A stretch of DNA of 64,000 nucleotides from NCBI RefSeq assembly GCF_018350175.1, contig NC_058368.1, forward strand, positions 83,950,001 through 84,014,000. Reading direction: 5' to 3'. Source of the stretch: Felis catus. Lineage: Eukaryota. Position numbers and translations under genes: made by a program. This document shows, piece by piece, positions 46,711-59,892 of the stretch. The notes below the pieces were generated by a model. That model was not told where the DNA came from, searched no databases, and was given only the letters and a program-made list of their open reading frames with translations. The first letter of the stretch is position 1. Each line of letters begins with the position of its first letter.

Positions 46711-49238
46711 TATTTTTTTATATAATTTATTGTTAAATTAGCTAACACACAGTGTATACAGTGTGTTCTTAGCCTTTGGGAATAGATTCCCATGATTTAA
46801 TGCTTACATGCAACACCCAATGCTCATCCCAATAAGTGCCTCAGTGTCCATCACCCATTATCCACTCCCCCATCAACCCTCAGTTTGTTCTCTGTATTTA
46901 AGAGCCTCTTATGGTTTGCCTCCCTCTCTGTTTGAAACTAATTTTCTCCCTTCCCTTCCCCCATGATCTTCTCTTAAGTTTCTCAAGTTCCACATATGAG
47001 TGAAAACATATGATATATGTCTTTTGCTGACTGACTTATTTCACTTCACATAATACCCTCCTGTTCCATCCTTGTTGCTGCATATGTCCAGCTTTCATTC
47101 TTTCTCATTGCCAAATAGTATTCCCTTCAATATATAAACCACACCTTTTTTATCCATTCATCAGTTGATGGACATTTGGGTGCTTTCCATAATGGCTATT
47201 ATTGAAAGCACTGCTATAAACATTGGGGTACATGTGCCCCTATGAATCAGCAAGCCTGTGCCTTTGGACAAATTCCTAGTAGCACTATTGCTGGGTTTTA
47301 GGGTAATTCTGTTTTTAATTTTTTGAGGAACCTTGATACAGTTTTCCAGAACAGCTCTGCCAGTTTGTATTCCCACTAACAGTGCAAGAGGGTTCCCATT
47401 TCTCCACATTCTTGCCAATATCTATTGTTTCCTGAGTTATTGTTAGCCATTCTGACTGGAATTAGGTGGTATCTCAATGTGGTTTTGATTTGGATTTCCC
47501 TGATGATGAGTGATGTTGAGCATCTTTTCATGTGTCTGTTGGCCATCTGAATGTCTTCTTTGGAGAAGTGGCTATTCATGTTTTTTGCCCATTTCTTCAC
47601 AGAATTTTTTTTGATTTTCAGGTGTTGAGTTTGATAACTTCTTTATAGATTTTGGACACTAACCCTTTATCTGATATGTCATTTTCAAATATCTTCTCCC
47701 ATTCCATCAGTTGCCTTTTAGTTTTGTTGATTGTTTCCTTTGCAGTGCAGAAGTTTGCACTGAGGTCCCAACCATTCATTTTTGCTTTTATTTTCCTTGC
47801 CTTTGAAGATGTGTCAAATAAGAAGATGCTGTGGCTGAAGTCAAGAGGTTGCTGTGGCTGAGGTCAGAGAAGTTTTTTCTTGCTTTCTCCTCTAGGGTTT
47901 TGATGGTTTACTGTCTCACATTTAGGGCTTTCATCCATTTTGAATTTATTTTTGCGTATGGTGTGAGAATGTAGACTAGTTTCATGCTTCTGCATGTTGC
48001 TGTCCAGTTCTTCCAGCACAATTTGCTAAAGAGACTGTCTTTTTTCCATTGGATACTATTTCCTCTGCTTTGTCAAAGATTAGTTGGCTATACGTTTTTG
48101 GGTCCAATTCTGGGTTCTCTATTCTATTCCATTGGTCTATGTGTCTGTTTTGTGCCAATAGCATGCTGTTTCAATGATTTCAGTTTTGTAGTAGAGGCTA
48201 AAGACCAGAGTTGTGACGCCTCCTGCTTGGTCAATAAAAATTGACCAAGAATCAAATCAGAAAATGCAAAAACACTGGACCAATATCTAATGGTGCTTTG
48301 GAACCATTGACTGTGCTGTTCTGGAAGAGATTTGGTCAGAGTAATTCTCACTCTGGTAGATTCACAGTTACTGGACACAAAAGGGTGTGGTTTGCTGTAG
48401 GTGGGTCTCACCTCCAATGTGAGGTGTCTATTCCCTGCAGCCTCACCTTGCTGGTGATGGGAATATAAATGGCAACATCCCATTTGTCTCAGGCAGGTCT
48501 CACCTGCCTGACTGGTGTCCCAGACCACTCTGTTCAGGCCATCTTTACAGTGTCTTGCAGGGGTGAGCCAGCTGGTTTACCTGCTCCACAGTCTCCTGCA
48601 CCTTCTAGGCATTTGGCTGGGATTAAAACCCCAATGTCTTAAAGGATCCCACTCCATGTGCCCCAGTTCCAAGGCAGTGCCACTCTCCCCAGCCAGCTGA
48701 CAAAGAGCCTCTGCCTGGTGGGCACCTGCAAGGTTTTTGTCCTTGGAGCAGCTATATACCTTCTTCCAACAGCACTCAAGGGAGGGACTCTTGTCTCCAA
48801 TTGTGCCTCTGAGCTGGCTACCAAACCCAGTGCTGACTCCCTCCCCCACCCCAGATGCATGGACAAGGCAGCAGGCCCCGGTCCAGAGAAAGCCCCACAA
48901 CTCTGGATAGAGTACGAAATTGGTCTTTCTCCATTTTTTCCATTCCTTGGTCCGTGGTTTTTCTCTTGTCCAAATATAATACTACTCTTCCACAGTCTCT
49001 CTTTCTCTTCATTTTGTCTCTCCACAGAAGGAGATCCCTCCCCTCTATGCCTATGCCACCCGTTTTATCTCTCCCAATTTGCAATCATGCACCTATGGCC
49101 CGCCAAGATATCCCCATGGGTCTCTGGAGATGTTTCTGTTATTCTGTAGCCTGGATTCCTGGAATCCCAAGTCTTCTGGCCTCAATACTGCTGTGTTTGA
49201 GGGATAAGGGATCTTCAGGTCCCCCTATTTCTCCGCCA
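46711..49238 (-). mobile_element. Internally deleted L1 (~1 kb 5'UTR joined to the last ~1.5 kb)
   Basis: 5' end ATGGCGGAGAAATAGGGGGAC on the minus strand at ~49219-49239; junction at ~48232 into ORF2 ..AGGVT; 3'UTR and T-rich tail at ~46711; degenerate TSD TTGTT(AT)TCTT. Confidence 0.88.
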
Positions 49239-51189
49239 TTGTTATTTCTTGTGTTTTTGATACTAGCCATTTTGACTGGTGTGAAGTGATTTCTTGTTGT
49301 GGTTTTGATTGGCATTTCCTAATAGTGATTTGAAGGTCTTCACATGTGTCTGTTGGCCTTCTGTCCTTCTGTATTTCTTCTGGGAAAAATTTCTGTTCAG
49401 GTCCTCTTCACATTTTTAATCCAATTACTTATTTTTTTTTTTTGATGTTGAGTTCTATGAGTCCTTTATACACTTTGGATATTAAGTCCTTATTGGATAT
49501 ATCGTTTTCAAATATATTTCCCCCTTTTGGTTTTATGGATGATTTTCCTTGCTGTGCAATGACTTTTCAGTTTGTTGTAGCCCCAACTGTTTATTTTGTC
49601 TTTGTTTCCCTTGTCCAAGGAGACAGATCAGGAAAAATATTACAAAGGTTGTTGTCTAAGAGATTACTAGATATTCTTTTAGGAATTTTATTACTTCAGT
49701 TCTTACATTTAAATTTTCATCCAATTTGAATTTATTTTTGTGTAGGGTGTAAGAAAATGGTTCAGTTTCATTCTTTGGAATGAAGTTGTCCAGGTCTTCC
49801 CACAATATTTATTTTCCACATTGTATATTTTTGCCTCCTTTGTCCAAGGTTAATTGACCATATATGCAAAGGTTAATTTCTGGGCTATTATATTCCTTTG
49901 AGCCACTTGTCTATTTTTGTGGCAGTACCATACTATCTTGATTACTATAATTTGAAAGTTGAAAGCTGGAATTGTGATACCTCCAATTTTTTTCTTGTTT
50001 GCAAGATTGCTTTGTTTATTCTAGGTGTTTTGTGGTTCCATAATTTTATATATATATATTTTTTGTTTCACTTCCGTTAAAAACACTATTGGTATTTTCA
50101 CGAGATTGCATTGAATTTGTAGATTGCTTTGTATAATAATATGCTAAAATTGAATTTTTCCAATCCATGAGTATGGTATATCTTTTATTAATTTGTGTCA
50201 CCTTTTATTTCTTTCATCAATGTCTTACAGTTTTCAAAGTGCAGTTTCTTTCAAAGTACAGTTTCAAAAGTGCATCAGTGTCTTACAGTTATCACCTCTT
50301 TGGTTAAATTTACTCCTAGGTATTTAATTATTGATGAAATTGTAAACAGGACTGTTTTCTTTATTTCTCTTTCTTTCATTTCGTTAATAGTGTATAGAAA
50401 CAACCATATTTATGTATGTTGATTTTGTACCCTTCAACATTACTGAATTCATTTATTACATTTAATATTTTTGGAGTCTTTAGGGTTTTCTATACATGTT
50501 ATGTCATCTGCAAATAGTTACAGTTTTGTTACTTTCTTAACAATTTGGATGTCTTATATTTCTTTTTCTAGTCTAATGGCTATGGCTAGGATGTCAAGTA
50601 CTGTATTAAATAAAAGTAGTAAGAGTGGACATCCTTGTTTTGTTTCTGATCATAGGGGACAAGCTTTCAACTTTTAACTCATTGAGTATGATGTTAACTA
50701 TGAGTTTCTTATATATGGTCTTTATCATACTGAAGTATGTTCCTTCTACACTCACTTTGTTGAGTTTTTATCATGAATCAATGTTGAATTTTGTCAAACA
50801 TTTTGTTTTTTTCATCTATTGTTATAAACATATTGTCCTTATTCTTCATTTGGTTAACATGATGTATCACATTGGTTGGTTTGTATATACTGAACCGTGT
50901 TTGCATCCCTGAAATAAATCCTACTTGATCACAAAGAATAACCCTTGTAATACATTTTTGAAGTTGCTTTGTTAATATTTTATTGAGAATTTTATTATCT
51001 ATCTTTACTAGGGATATTGTTGTATAATGTTCTCTTTTGTAGCATCATTTTTTTAATTTTATTATATTTTCTTTTATTTCTCATTTTAAAATTTTAATGT
51101 GAAGATAATGCTCCATAGAATTAATTTTGATGCATTCCTTCCTCTTTTATTTTTTGGAATATTTTGTAAAGGATAGATATTAACACTTT

Positions 51190-51384
51190 AATTTTAATAT
51201 TTACTTATTTTGGGGAGACAGCGAATATAGTGGAGGCAAAGAGAGGGAGACAGAGGATCTGAACCAGGCTCTGTGCTGACAGGCTGACAGCAGCAAGCCC
51301 AATGTGGGGCTTGAACTCAAAAACTATGAATCATGACCTGAGTCAAAGTCAGATGCTCAACAGACTGAGTCACCCAGATGCCCC
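51190..51384 (-). mobile_element. Can-SINE
   Basis: Antisense SINE; TSD TTAACACTTT. Confidence 0.9.
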
Positions 51385-51841
51385 AGTGTTAACACTTTTT
51401 AAAATGTTTGGTGTACTTCACCTGTGAAGCAATCTGGTTTTGGACTTTTGCTTGTATGGAGGTCTTTGATAACTAATTCAATTTTCTTAAAAGTATTTTG
51501 CCTGTTCAGAATTCCTACTCCTGATTCAGTTTTGGAAAATTGTTTCTAGGAATTTATCCATGTATTCTAGTTTGTCCAATGTGTTGGTATGTATTTTATG
51601 TAATCTCATAATCTTATGTATTTCTGTGGCATTTACTTATTTGAGTGTACTTGTTTTCTTTTTGATTATTCTGGCTAAAGTTTTATCATATTTTTAAGTG
51701 TCTAATTCATTTATTTCTCTTTTGCACTATATGATTTCTTTTCTTCTGATAACTTTAGGTTTTGTTTGCTTTTAATTTTCAAGTTTCTTTACGTGTAAAT
51801 TTAGTTAATTGGAGATTTTTCTCATTTTAAAAGTAAGCCTA

Positions 51842-52087
51842 GGATCCACATAAGAGTGAAACCATATGGTATCTGTCTTTCTCTGTATGGCTTATTTCAC
51901 TTAGCATCACACTCTCCAGTTCCATCCACGTTGCTACAAAAGGCCATATTTCATTCTTTCTCATTGCCACGTAGTATTCCATTGTGTATATAAACCATGG
52001 GTATTGAGGAGGGCACCTTTTGGGATGAGCACTGGGTGTTGTATGGAAACCAATTTGACAATAAATTTCATATATAAAAAGAAAAAA
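51842..52087 (+). mobile_element. Young L1 3' end with 5' inversion (twin priming)
   Basis: TSD TAAAAGTAAGCCTA at 51828-51841 and 52088-52101; antisense part 51842-51997, sense tail 51997-52087. Confidence 0.93.
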
Positions 52088-52801
52088 TAAAAGTAAGCCT
52101 ATATTACTAGAGATTTCTGAGTCTCAGGGATTTTTGACCATTGTGTTTTCATTTTCATTTGTCTCCAGGTATTTCTCGTTTTTTTTTTTTCCTTTCCTGT
52201 ATTTGTTAACCCATTGGTTGTTAGTACTGCTATTTAGCCTACAAGCAATTGTGTTTCTTTCAGTTTTTTTTTCTTTTTATTGATTTTCAGTTTCATCCCA
52301 CTGTGATCAGAAAAGATAGTTCATATTAATTAAATTTTCTTGAATGTATTGAGACTTGTTTTGTGGCCTGTCATGTGATCTTTCCTGAAGAACATTCCAT
52401 TAACATTTGAAAAGAATGTATGTTCTGCTGTTTGGGGATGGAATGTTCTATATATATCTGTTAGGTCTATCTGGTGTAATGTATCACTTAAAGCCAGTTT
52501 TCATCAGAGTTTCTGTCTGGATGATTTATTCATTAATGTAAGTGAAATTACATTAAGGTCCTTTATTATTATGGTATTACTGTCAATTTCTCCCTTCATG
52601 TCTGTTTTTATTTTATTTATTTTATTTTATTTTATTTTATTTTATTATTTTATATTTTATTTTTTTTAGGTACAGCTATGTTGGGTGCATAAGGGTTTAC
52701 ATTTAATTTTATCCATTTGCTGGAATGATTTTTTTTTAACATGATGTATGCTTTGTCTTTTGTTTCACTCTTTCCTTTAAAGTCTCCCTCCCATCCCCCC
52801 A

Positions 52802-53025
52802 GGGGCACCTGAGTGGCTCAGTTGATTAACTAACTTCAGCTCAGGTCACGATCTCATGGTACAGGAGTCCATGTCCCATGTTGGGCTCTGTGCCAACAGC
52901 TTAGAACCTGGAGTCTGCTTCAAATTCTGTGTCTGCCTCTCTCTCTGCCCCTCCCCCACTCACAGTCTGTCTGTCTCTCTCAAAAATAAATAAACATCAA
53001 TTACTTTTTAAACAAATAAATAAAT
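52802..53025 (+). mobile_element. Can-SINE
   Basis: GGGGCACCTGAGTGGCTCAG head, (TAAA)n tail. Confidence 0.92.
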
Positions 53026-53240
53026 AAAGCCTTTTTTTCTGAAATCAATATTGCTACCCAACTTTTTTTTTCCACTTCCATTTTCATGGAATATCTTTTT
53101 CAATGTTTTCACTTGCGGTGTATATGTGCCTGTATGTCTTAAATGAGTCTCCTGTAGGCAGCATATAGATGAGTATTTTAAAAATCTTTTCAGTCACCTA
53201 TATCTTTTGGCCAGAACATTTAGTCCATTTACATTTAAAG

Positions 53241-56202
53241 TCTCTCCATGGACAAAGAAGTCAGCTGGCAACATTTCCCTCTCCCACCCCTCAGCATAAG
53301 TGCAGAACCACCTGCAGAGGGCAGCTTGGCCCCCATACCAGCCACCTAACCTGCCTTCACCAAGTTCCATGCCCCTGAGCTTTGACACAACTACCCTTCA
53401 CTGTAAAACCTGCCACAGTCCCAGCACAAGATTCTCACCCAGAAGACCAGTGTCCACAACACACCCCTAAAGCCTAGAGTTTTAAAAATCAGGATTGACT
53501 GGGACAGAACTGGGAAGGTACTGTGCTTCCCTAGAGAGAAGGTAAGCAAACAACCTGGAGGCAGACAGTGTGGAAAAACCTATCTGAGGAATACTTAGGA
53601 AACACAGCAAGGAGATTACTCACTGTTCAGGGAGTGCTTCCCTGAGAGGCAGCAGGATGAGAGAGACCCCTCTCCAGGGACAAAGTAGTTGCCTTACACC
53701 ACTTCCCTCACCCACACCTCAGTGTGAACACAGAGCCACCTGTGATAAACAGCACAGCACCAACACTGGCTACCTAACCTGCTTACATCAGGGCCCACAC
53801 TTCTGTGAACTGGCCTTACTGCCCTCCTTGGTCAAGTTTGCCTCAGTCCCAACACAACAGGTCTCTTCCCCAGAAGACCAGCAGAAATACTGACCCACGA
53901 CAAGTCTCCTGACTTGAACATTTTATGAGCCTTCAGTTCTAGTGAAAGTAGTATCAGGTCTCATTTTCAAGCTGACTAGAGCACACCTAGTTAAAACTCA
54001 CCACACTCAGGCCAAGGACCAAACACTGCCCACCTCATGCAAGGAGAACCTTTGCAGATGACTAACCTGAAGGATAGAGCAGCAAAAACACAACAGCAGA
54101 GTGCATGTAGGGCACACCATAGGCATTTCTAAAGAGCTAGGCTTTAGACATTTTATGACCTTTTCATAAACTCATTACTCTCAGGAGCAGGAAACATAAC
54201 AGGTTTTCCTAACAAAGAGAAGAAAGAGACTCACATAGAATGCCAAGATAAAGGAATTAATCCCAAATGAAAGAACAGGATAAGTCCACAACCAGATATC
54301 TAAGTGAAACAGATATAAAAAACATACCTGCTGGAAAATTTAAGGCAACAATCATAAGGACACTCACTGGGCTTGAGAAAAGAATGGGATACATCAGGGA
54401 GGTAATTACCACAGGGACAAAAGAGTTTAAAAAGAATCACCCAGAAATGAAAAATGCAATCAGTGAGATTCAAAACAGATCTCTTTCAATGAACATGAAG
54501 TTGAAAGAAACAGAGGAATGAATAAGTGATATAGAAGATAAATAATGGAAAAAATGAAGTTGAACAAAAGAGAGAATGAATTAAAGAACATAGATAGAAT
54601 ATGAATACACATAGGGAACTGTTGACTCCATAAAATGTAATAACATTCATATAACAAGAGTCCCAGAAGAGAGAGAAAAGGGGACAGAAAATAATTAAGA
54701 GGAAATAGTAGCTGAAAACTTCCTAATCTGAGAAAGAAAACAAACATTCACATCCAGGAGGCACAGAGAACTCCCAGAAAAATCAACAAAAGCAGGTCAA
54801 AACCAAGACATATTGTAATAAAATATAGAAAACATAGTAATAAAGAAAAAAAACTACAAGCAGAAAGACAAAAGAAGTCCTTAACTTTCAAGAGAAGACA
54901 GATTAGGTTACCTGCAGATCAGAAATTTGACAAGCCAGAAGGGAATGACATGATGTATTCAGTGTACTGGATGGGAAGAATCTGCAGCCAAGAATACTCA
55001 ATTCAGTCATGCTATCATTCAGAATAGAAGGAGAAATAGTTTCCCAGATAAGTAGAAATTAAAGGAGTTTGTAACCACTAAACCAGCCCTGCAAGAAATA
55101 TTAAAAGGAACACTTTGAGTAGAAAAGAAAGACCAAAAGTGAAAAAGAGAAGAAAGTAGCAGAGAAAATCTCCAGAAACAATGAAAAATCACTCTAATAG
55201 TCATTCTGAATGTAAATTAACGAAATGTTCCAATCAAAAGAAGAGGGTTTCAGTTGGATTTTAAAAAATGACCATCTATAGACTGCCTATAAGGGGCTCA
55301 TTTTAGATTTCAAGATACCTGCATATTGAAAGCAAGGGGAAAGGAAAACATTTAACATGAAAAAAAAATGTCAAAAGAAAGTCAGAATAGTCAAACTTAT
55401 ATCAAGCAAATTATATTTTAAACCAAACTGCAACAGGAGATGAAGAAGGGAACTATATCATAATAAAGAAGACAATTTCACAAGATCAAATAATTGTAAA
55501 TAGCTATACCCCCAAATTAGAAGAACCCAAATACATGAAACTATTAATAATAAGCCTAAAGTAATACATTGATAATAATACAATGATAGTAGGGGACTTT
55601 AGCACCACACTTACATCAATGGACAGATCATCAAAGTAGAAAATCAGCAAGGAAACAGTGGCTTTGTATGACACATTGGACCACATAGACTTGAGTAAAT
55701 ATATTCAGAACATTCCATCTTAAAGCAGCAGAATACACATTCTTACAAGTGAACATGGAACAATCTCCAGAACAGATCATATATTAGGTCAGAAATCAGG
55801 ACTCAACAAGGACGAATACATTGAGACCACCATGCATATTTTCTGACCACAAAGCTATTAAACATGATGTCAGCAACAAAAATTGGAAAGTGAACAAACA
55901 TATGGATATTAAAAAAACATGTAGTTAATAAATGTGTCAATCAGGAAATCAAAGAAGAATTTTAAAAATACATGGAAGTAAATGAAAATTGTGCAAATCC
56001 TTTGGGATGTAGCACAAGTGATCCTATGAGGGAATATATGGCAATATAGGCCTACCATAAAAAAAAAACAAAAAAAAAAAAACAAGAAAAGCCTCAAGTA
56101 AACTGATGTTACAAATAAAGAAGCTAGAAAAAGAACAACAAATGAAGCCTAAAGCCAGCATAAGCAGTAAATCATAAATATTAAAGCATAAATAAATGAT
56201 AT
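53241..56202 (+). mobile_element. Decayed L1: partial 5'UTR, ORF1 (~54240-55120), ORF2 EN; interrupted at 56203
   Basis: MKEQDK..FKATIIRTLTGLEKRM; AAATTAAAGGAGTTTGTAACCACTAAACCAGCCCTGCAAG; GTAGGGGACTTTAGCACC. Confidence 0.88.
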
Positions 56203-57499
56203 GGGGAGGAGCCAAGATGGTGGAACAGCATGGAAGTTTTTTGTGTGCCTCGTGTCCATATAGCCAGACCAACAGTAAATCATCCTGCACACATAAAAAA
56301 CTGATTGGAGGGTTAACACAACAATCTGCACAACCTGAACCACAGAATTCAGCAGGTATGTGGCACAGAGAGGTGAATTTGGGGAGCAAGAAGCCATGAA
56401 AATTAGAGAACTGCTTTTGTGGGCGGAGAGAGGACAGAGACTGTGGAGGGGGTGAGAATACAGGAAAAGCACCCCTCCCCAGAAGCAGCTGGAGAGAAAA
56501 TGGAAAATTGGAAACACCCACAGGGACTAAACTAAAAAGGGAGAAGAGAGAAGGGAGAAAGGAGAAAGGAGAAAGTAGAGGGTTTAAATTCCATTAAGAC
56601 TGTAAACAAGGGGAGAACAAAGGCTGCAACTCTGCAGCTCGATACCTGGCTGTGCTCTGGTGGGAAGGGTGAATCCCCAGGAACAGAGTGGGGTCCAGGA
56701 AGTTCTCAGACCACACGGGGAAAAGCGGTTCCATTGCTGAAGGACATTTGGTAGAGACTGTTGAGTCACCTGGTCCAAGCAGACCCCAGAAAATGGCCAC
56801 ATATGCTGGTGCTAGAACAAGGTCATTAAGGGTGAAGCCTGGTGCCAGATGTGTATTGTCATTTTCCATAATCCCTGAAAAGCTGCTGCTACACTATCTT
56901 GCAAGCTTTTCTGGGATGGGCTGGCACCTGGCTGCAGTCTTGGGGCACCAGCAGCATCAGGGTCCAGCAAGCGTTCCTGGGTGCAGCTGACATTCAGCTA
57001 TTGCTCATTTGGCCATTGCTTGGTGAGAGTGTCCCATAGAGGGGCAGAATGGGTCAAAGCTGCAGTCCTTCAGAAGTAAAAGGCCGAAGAAAATAGCCTC
57101 ATCTGAGACAAAACTTGGGAGAGAGGTACTGCCTGGGGCCTGGTCATGGAGAATAAAAAAGCAGGGAGTGGACAAAAGCTGAAGACAGAGGACGGGTGCA
57201 TGATTCCTGATCTGGGAAAACAGACAGGGTAGCTAGGTGGCGCCATTTTCACCTCTCCAGTGCATACTCATACTCACCTATGAGCACTGCAACAATCCAC
57301 CCCAGTAGGCTAGCAGTGCCATCTATTGGAGAGCGGAGCTGTTACACTCAGCCCCTCCCAACTGGGCCAACTTCACTCTTCAAGAACACAAGTATCACTG
57401 CCGGCTTAATTTAGGGACTATAAAGAGCTACATGGACTGACTTCTAAGGGAAAATGAAGCAATTTCAGACCTACTTCAATCTGTTAGGAGGTTCATCTA

Positions 57500-58215
57500 T
57501 TCAATTTTCTTTCTTTTTTATTCTTTTTTCCTTTTCTCTTTTGCAATTCTTTCCTTTTTCATGAATACAGAAAAAAAATTCATTTTGATTTTCACTTTTT
57601 ATTAAAAATATTTTCTTTCATTTTTATTACTATATATTTTTAATTTTGTGTATTTTTTTTCAAATTCGACTTGATTTCCATCATTTTATTTTAGTCTACT
57701 TCAGTTTATTCACCTTTATTCACAAATTTTCAAACAGTTTCCTTTATTCTAATTTCTTTCTCTTGTTTTATCTTTTTCGTTTCTATTCTTTTTCTTAAAT
57801 GCAGAAAGAGAAAAACTTCATTTCTACTTTCAATTTCTATTAAAAATATTTTTATTTATTTTTTATTACTATATGTTTTGTTTATATATATATATTTTTC
57901 AAATTCTATTTTACTTCCATCATTTTATTTTAGTCTACTACAGTGTATCCACTTTTTTCAATTTTCAAATGATTTTGTATTTTTATTTCTTTATATTTTT
58001 CTCTTTTTTGTTTCTTTTTCTTGACTACAGAAAGAGAAAAAATTAATATTTATTTTTGATTTTTATTAAAAATATTTTGCTTTAATTTTTTCTGCCATAT
58101 TCTTTATTTTTGTGTATATTTCCTCAAATTCTATTTCACTCCCATCATCTCATTTTAGTATACTTCAGTGTATTCATTTTTTCAAATTATCAAATGGTTT
58201 CATTTTTTTTCTCCC
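57500..58215 (+). repeat. ~230-bp T-rich tandem unit x3 inside the L1 5'UTR
   Basis: CAGAAA..TATTAAAAATATTTT..CAAATTC..CCATCAT..TTTTAGT recurs at ~57562, ~57795, ~58021. Confidence 0.9.
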
Positions 58216-59538
58216 CCCCCTTTTTTTCTCTAATATGTCAAACCACTTTCAACACCCAGACCAAAAACACCTAGGATCTAGCATCATTTATTCGTTTTTT
58301 GTATGTGTGTTTGTGTTTAAATTTTTAGTTTTAATATTTTTTAATTTTAATATTTTTTTAGTTTTAATTTTTGTACCTCATTCATACATTTTCTCCCTTC
58401 AAAATTGCAAAACAAAGGAATTCACCCCAAAAGAAAGCATGAAGAAACGACAGCCAGGGAATTAACCAACACAGACACAAGCAAGATGTCAGAACCAGAA
58501 TTTAGAATCACGATAATAAGAATACTAGCTGGAGTCAAAATAGATTAGAATCCCTTTCTACAGAGATAAAAGAAGTAAAACATAGCCAGAATTAAATTAA
58601 AAATGCTATATCTGAGCTGCAATCACGGATGGATGCAGCAGCAACAAGGATGGACAAGGCAGAACAGAGAATCAACGATATAGAGGACAAACGTATAGAG
58701 AATAACGAAGCAGAAAAAAAGAGGGAGATTAAGGCAAAAGAGCATGATTTAAGAATTAGAGAAATCAGTGACTCATTAAAAAGGAACAACATCAGAATCA
58801 TAGGGGTCCCAGAGGATGAATAGAGAGAAATAGGGATAGAAGGGGTATGTGAACAAATCATAGTAGAAAACTTTCCTAACCTGAGGAAAGACACAGACAG
58901 CAAAATCCAGAAAGCACAGAGGATCCCCATTCGATTCAACAAAAACTAGCCATCACTAAGGCATATCATAGTCAAATTCACAAAATATTGAGGCAAGGAG
59001 AGAATCATGAAAGCAGCAAGGGAAAAAAAAAAGTCCCTAACCTACAAGGGAAGACAGATCAGGTTTGCAGCAGACCTGTCCACAGAAACTTGGCAGGCCA
59101 AGAAGGAGTGGTGGGATATATTCAGTGTGCTAAATCAGAAAAGTATGCAGCCAAGAATTCTTTATCCATCAAGGTTGTCATTCAAAATAGAGGGAGAGAT
59201 AAAAAGTTTCCCAGACAAACAAAAATTAAAGGAGTATGTGACCACTAAACCAGCCCTGCAAGAAATTTTAAGGGGGACTCGCTGAGAGGAGAAAAGATGA
59301 ATCTATCTATAGATAGATATAGATATAGATATAGATAGATATATTCAAATATATATGCAAATACCAAAAGCAATAAAGATTAGAAAGGACCAGAGAACAC
59401 CACCAGAAATTTCAACTCTACAAGCATCATAATGGTAATAAATTCATATCTTTCAGTACTCACTCTAAACATCAATGGACTCAGTGCTCCAATTAAAAGA
59501 CATAGGGTAACAGAATGGATAAGAAAACAAGATCCATC

Positions 59539-59892
59539 AACTGGAGAGTGTTATGCTAAGTGAAATAAGTCATACAGAGAAAGACAGATACCATATCATT
59601 TCACTCTTATGTGGATCCTTAGAAACATAACAGAAGTCCATGGGGGAGGGGAAGAAAGACAAACAAAAAGAGGTTAGAGAGGGAGAGAGCCAAAGCATAA
59701 GAGACTCTTAAAAACTGAGAACAAACTGATGGTTGATGGGGGGTGGGAGGGAGGGGAGGGTGGGTGATGGGTATTGAGGAGGGCACCTTTTGGGATGAGC
59801 ACTGGATGTTGTATGGAAACCAATTTGACAATAAATTTCATATTTAAAAAATAAATAAATAAACAAAAACCTCAAAAAAAAGAAAAGAAAAA
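59539..59892 (+). mobile_element. 5'-truncated young L1 tail inserted in ORF2 EN
   Basis: TSD AAGATCCATC at 59529-59538 and 59893-59902; young 3'UTR GGGATGAGCACTGG..CAATTTGACAATAAA. Confidence 0.94.

Larger units (their letters stand above)
45895..53240 (-). mobile_element. Older L1 (3'UTR and ORF2 back to the EN start), host to several insertions
   Basis: 3'UTR from ~45900, resumes at 49239; antisense RT (GTCATCTGCAAATAG, GAGTGGACATCCTTG); ends at TLNVNGL near 53240. Confidence 0.88.

Noticed and set aside
48124..49289. Overlapping 100-160 aa ORFs on both strands
   Set aside because: GC-rich L1 5'UTR gives long stop-free frames; no recognisable domain. The same applies to 12321-13284, 31219-32473 and 56024-56990.
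35625..50290. Small tandem duplications inside L1s (~35630, ~36390, ~47828, ~50225)
   Set aside because: Ordinary slippage scars in dead elements with no further implication.
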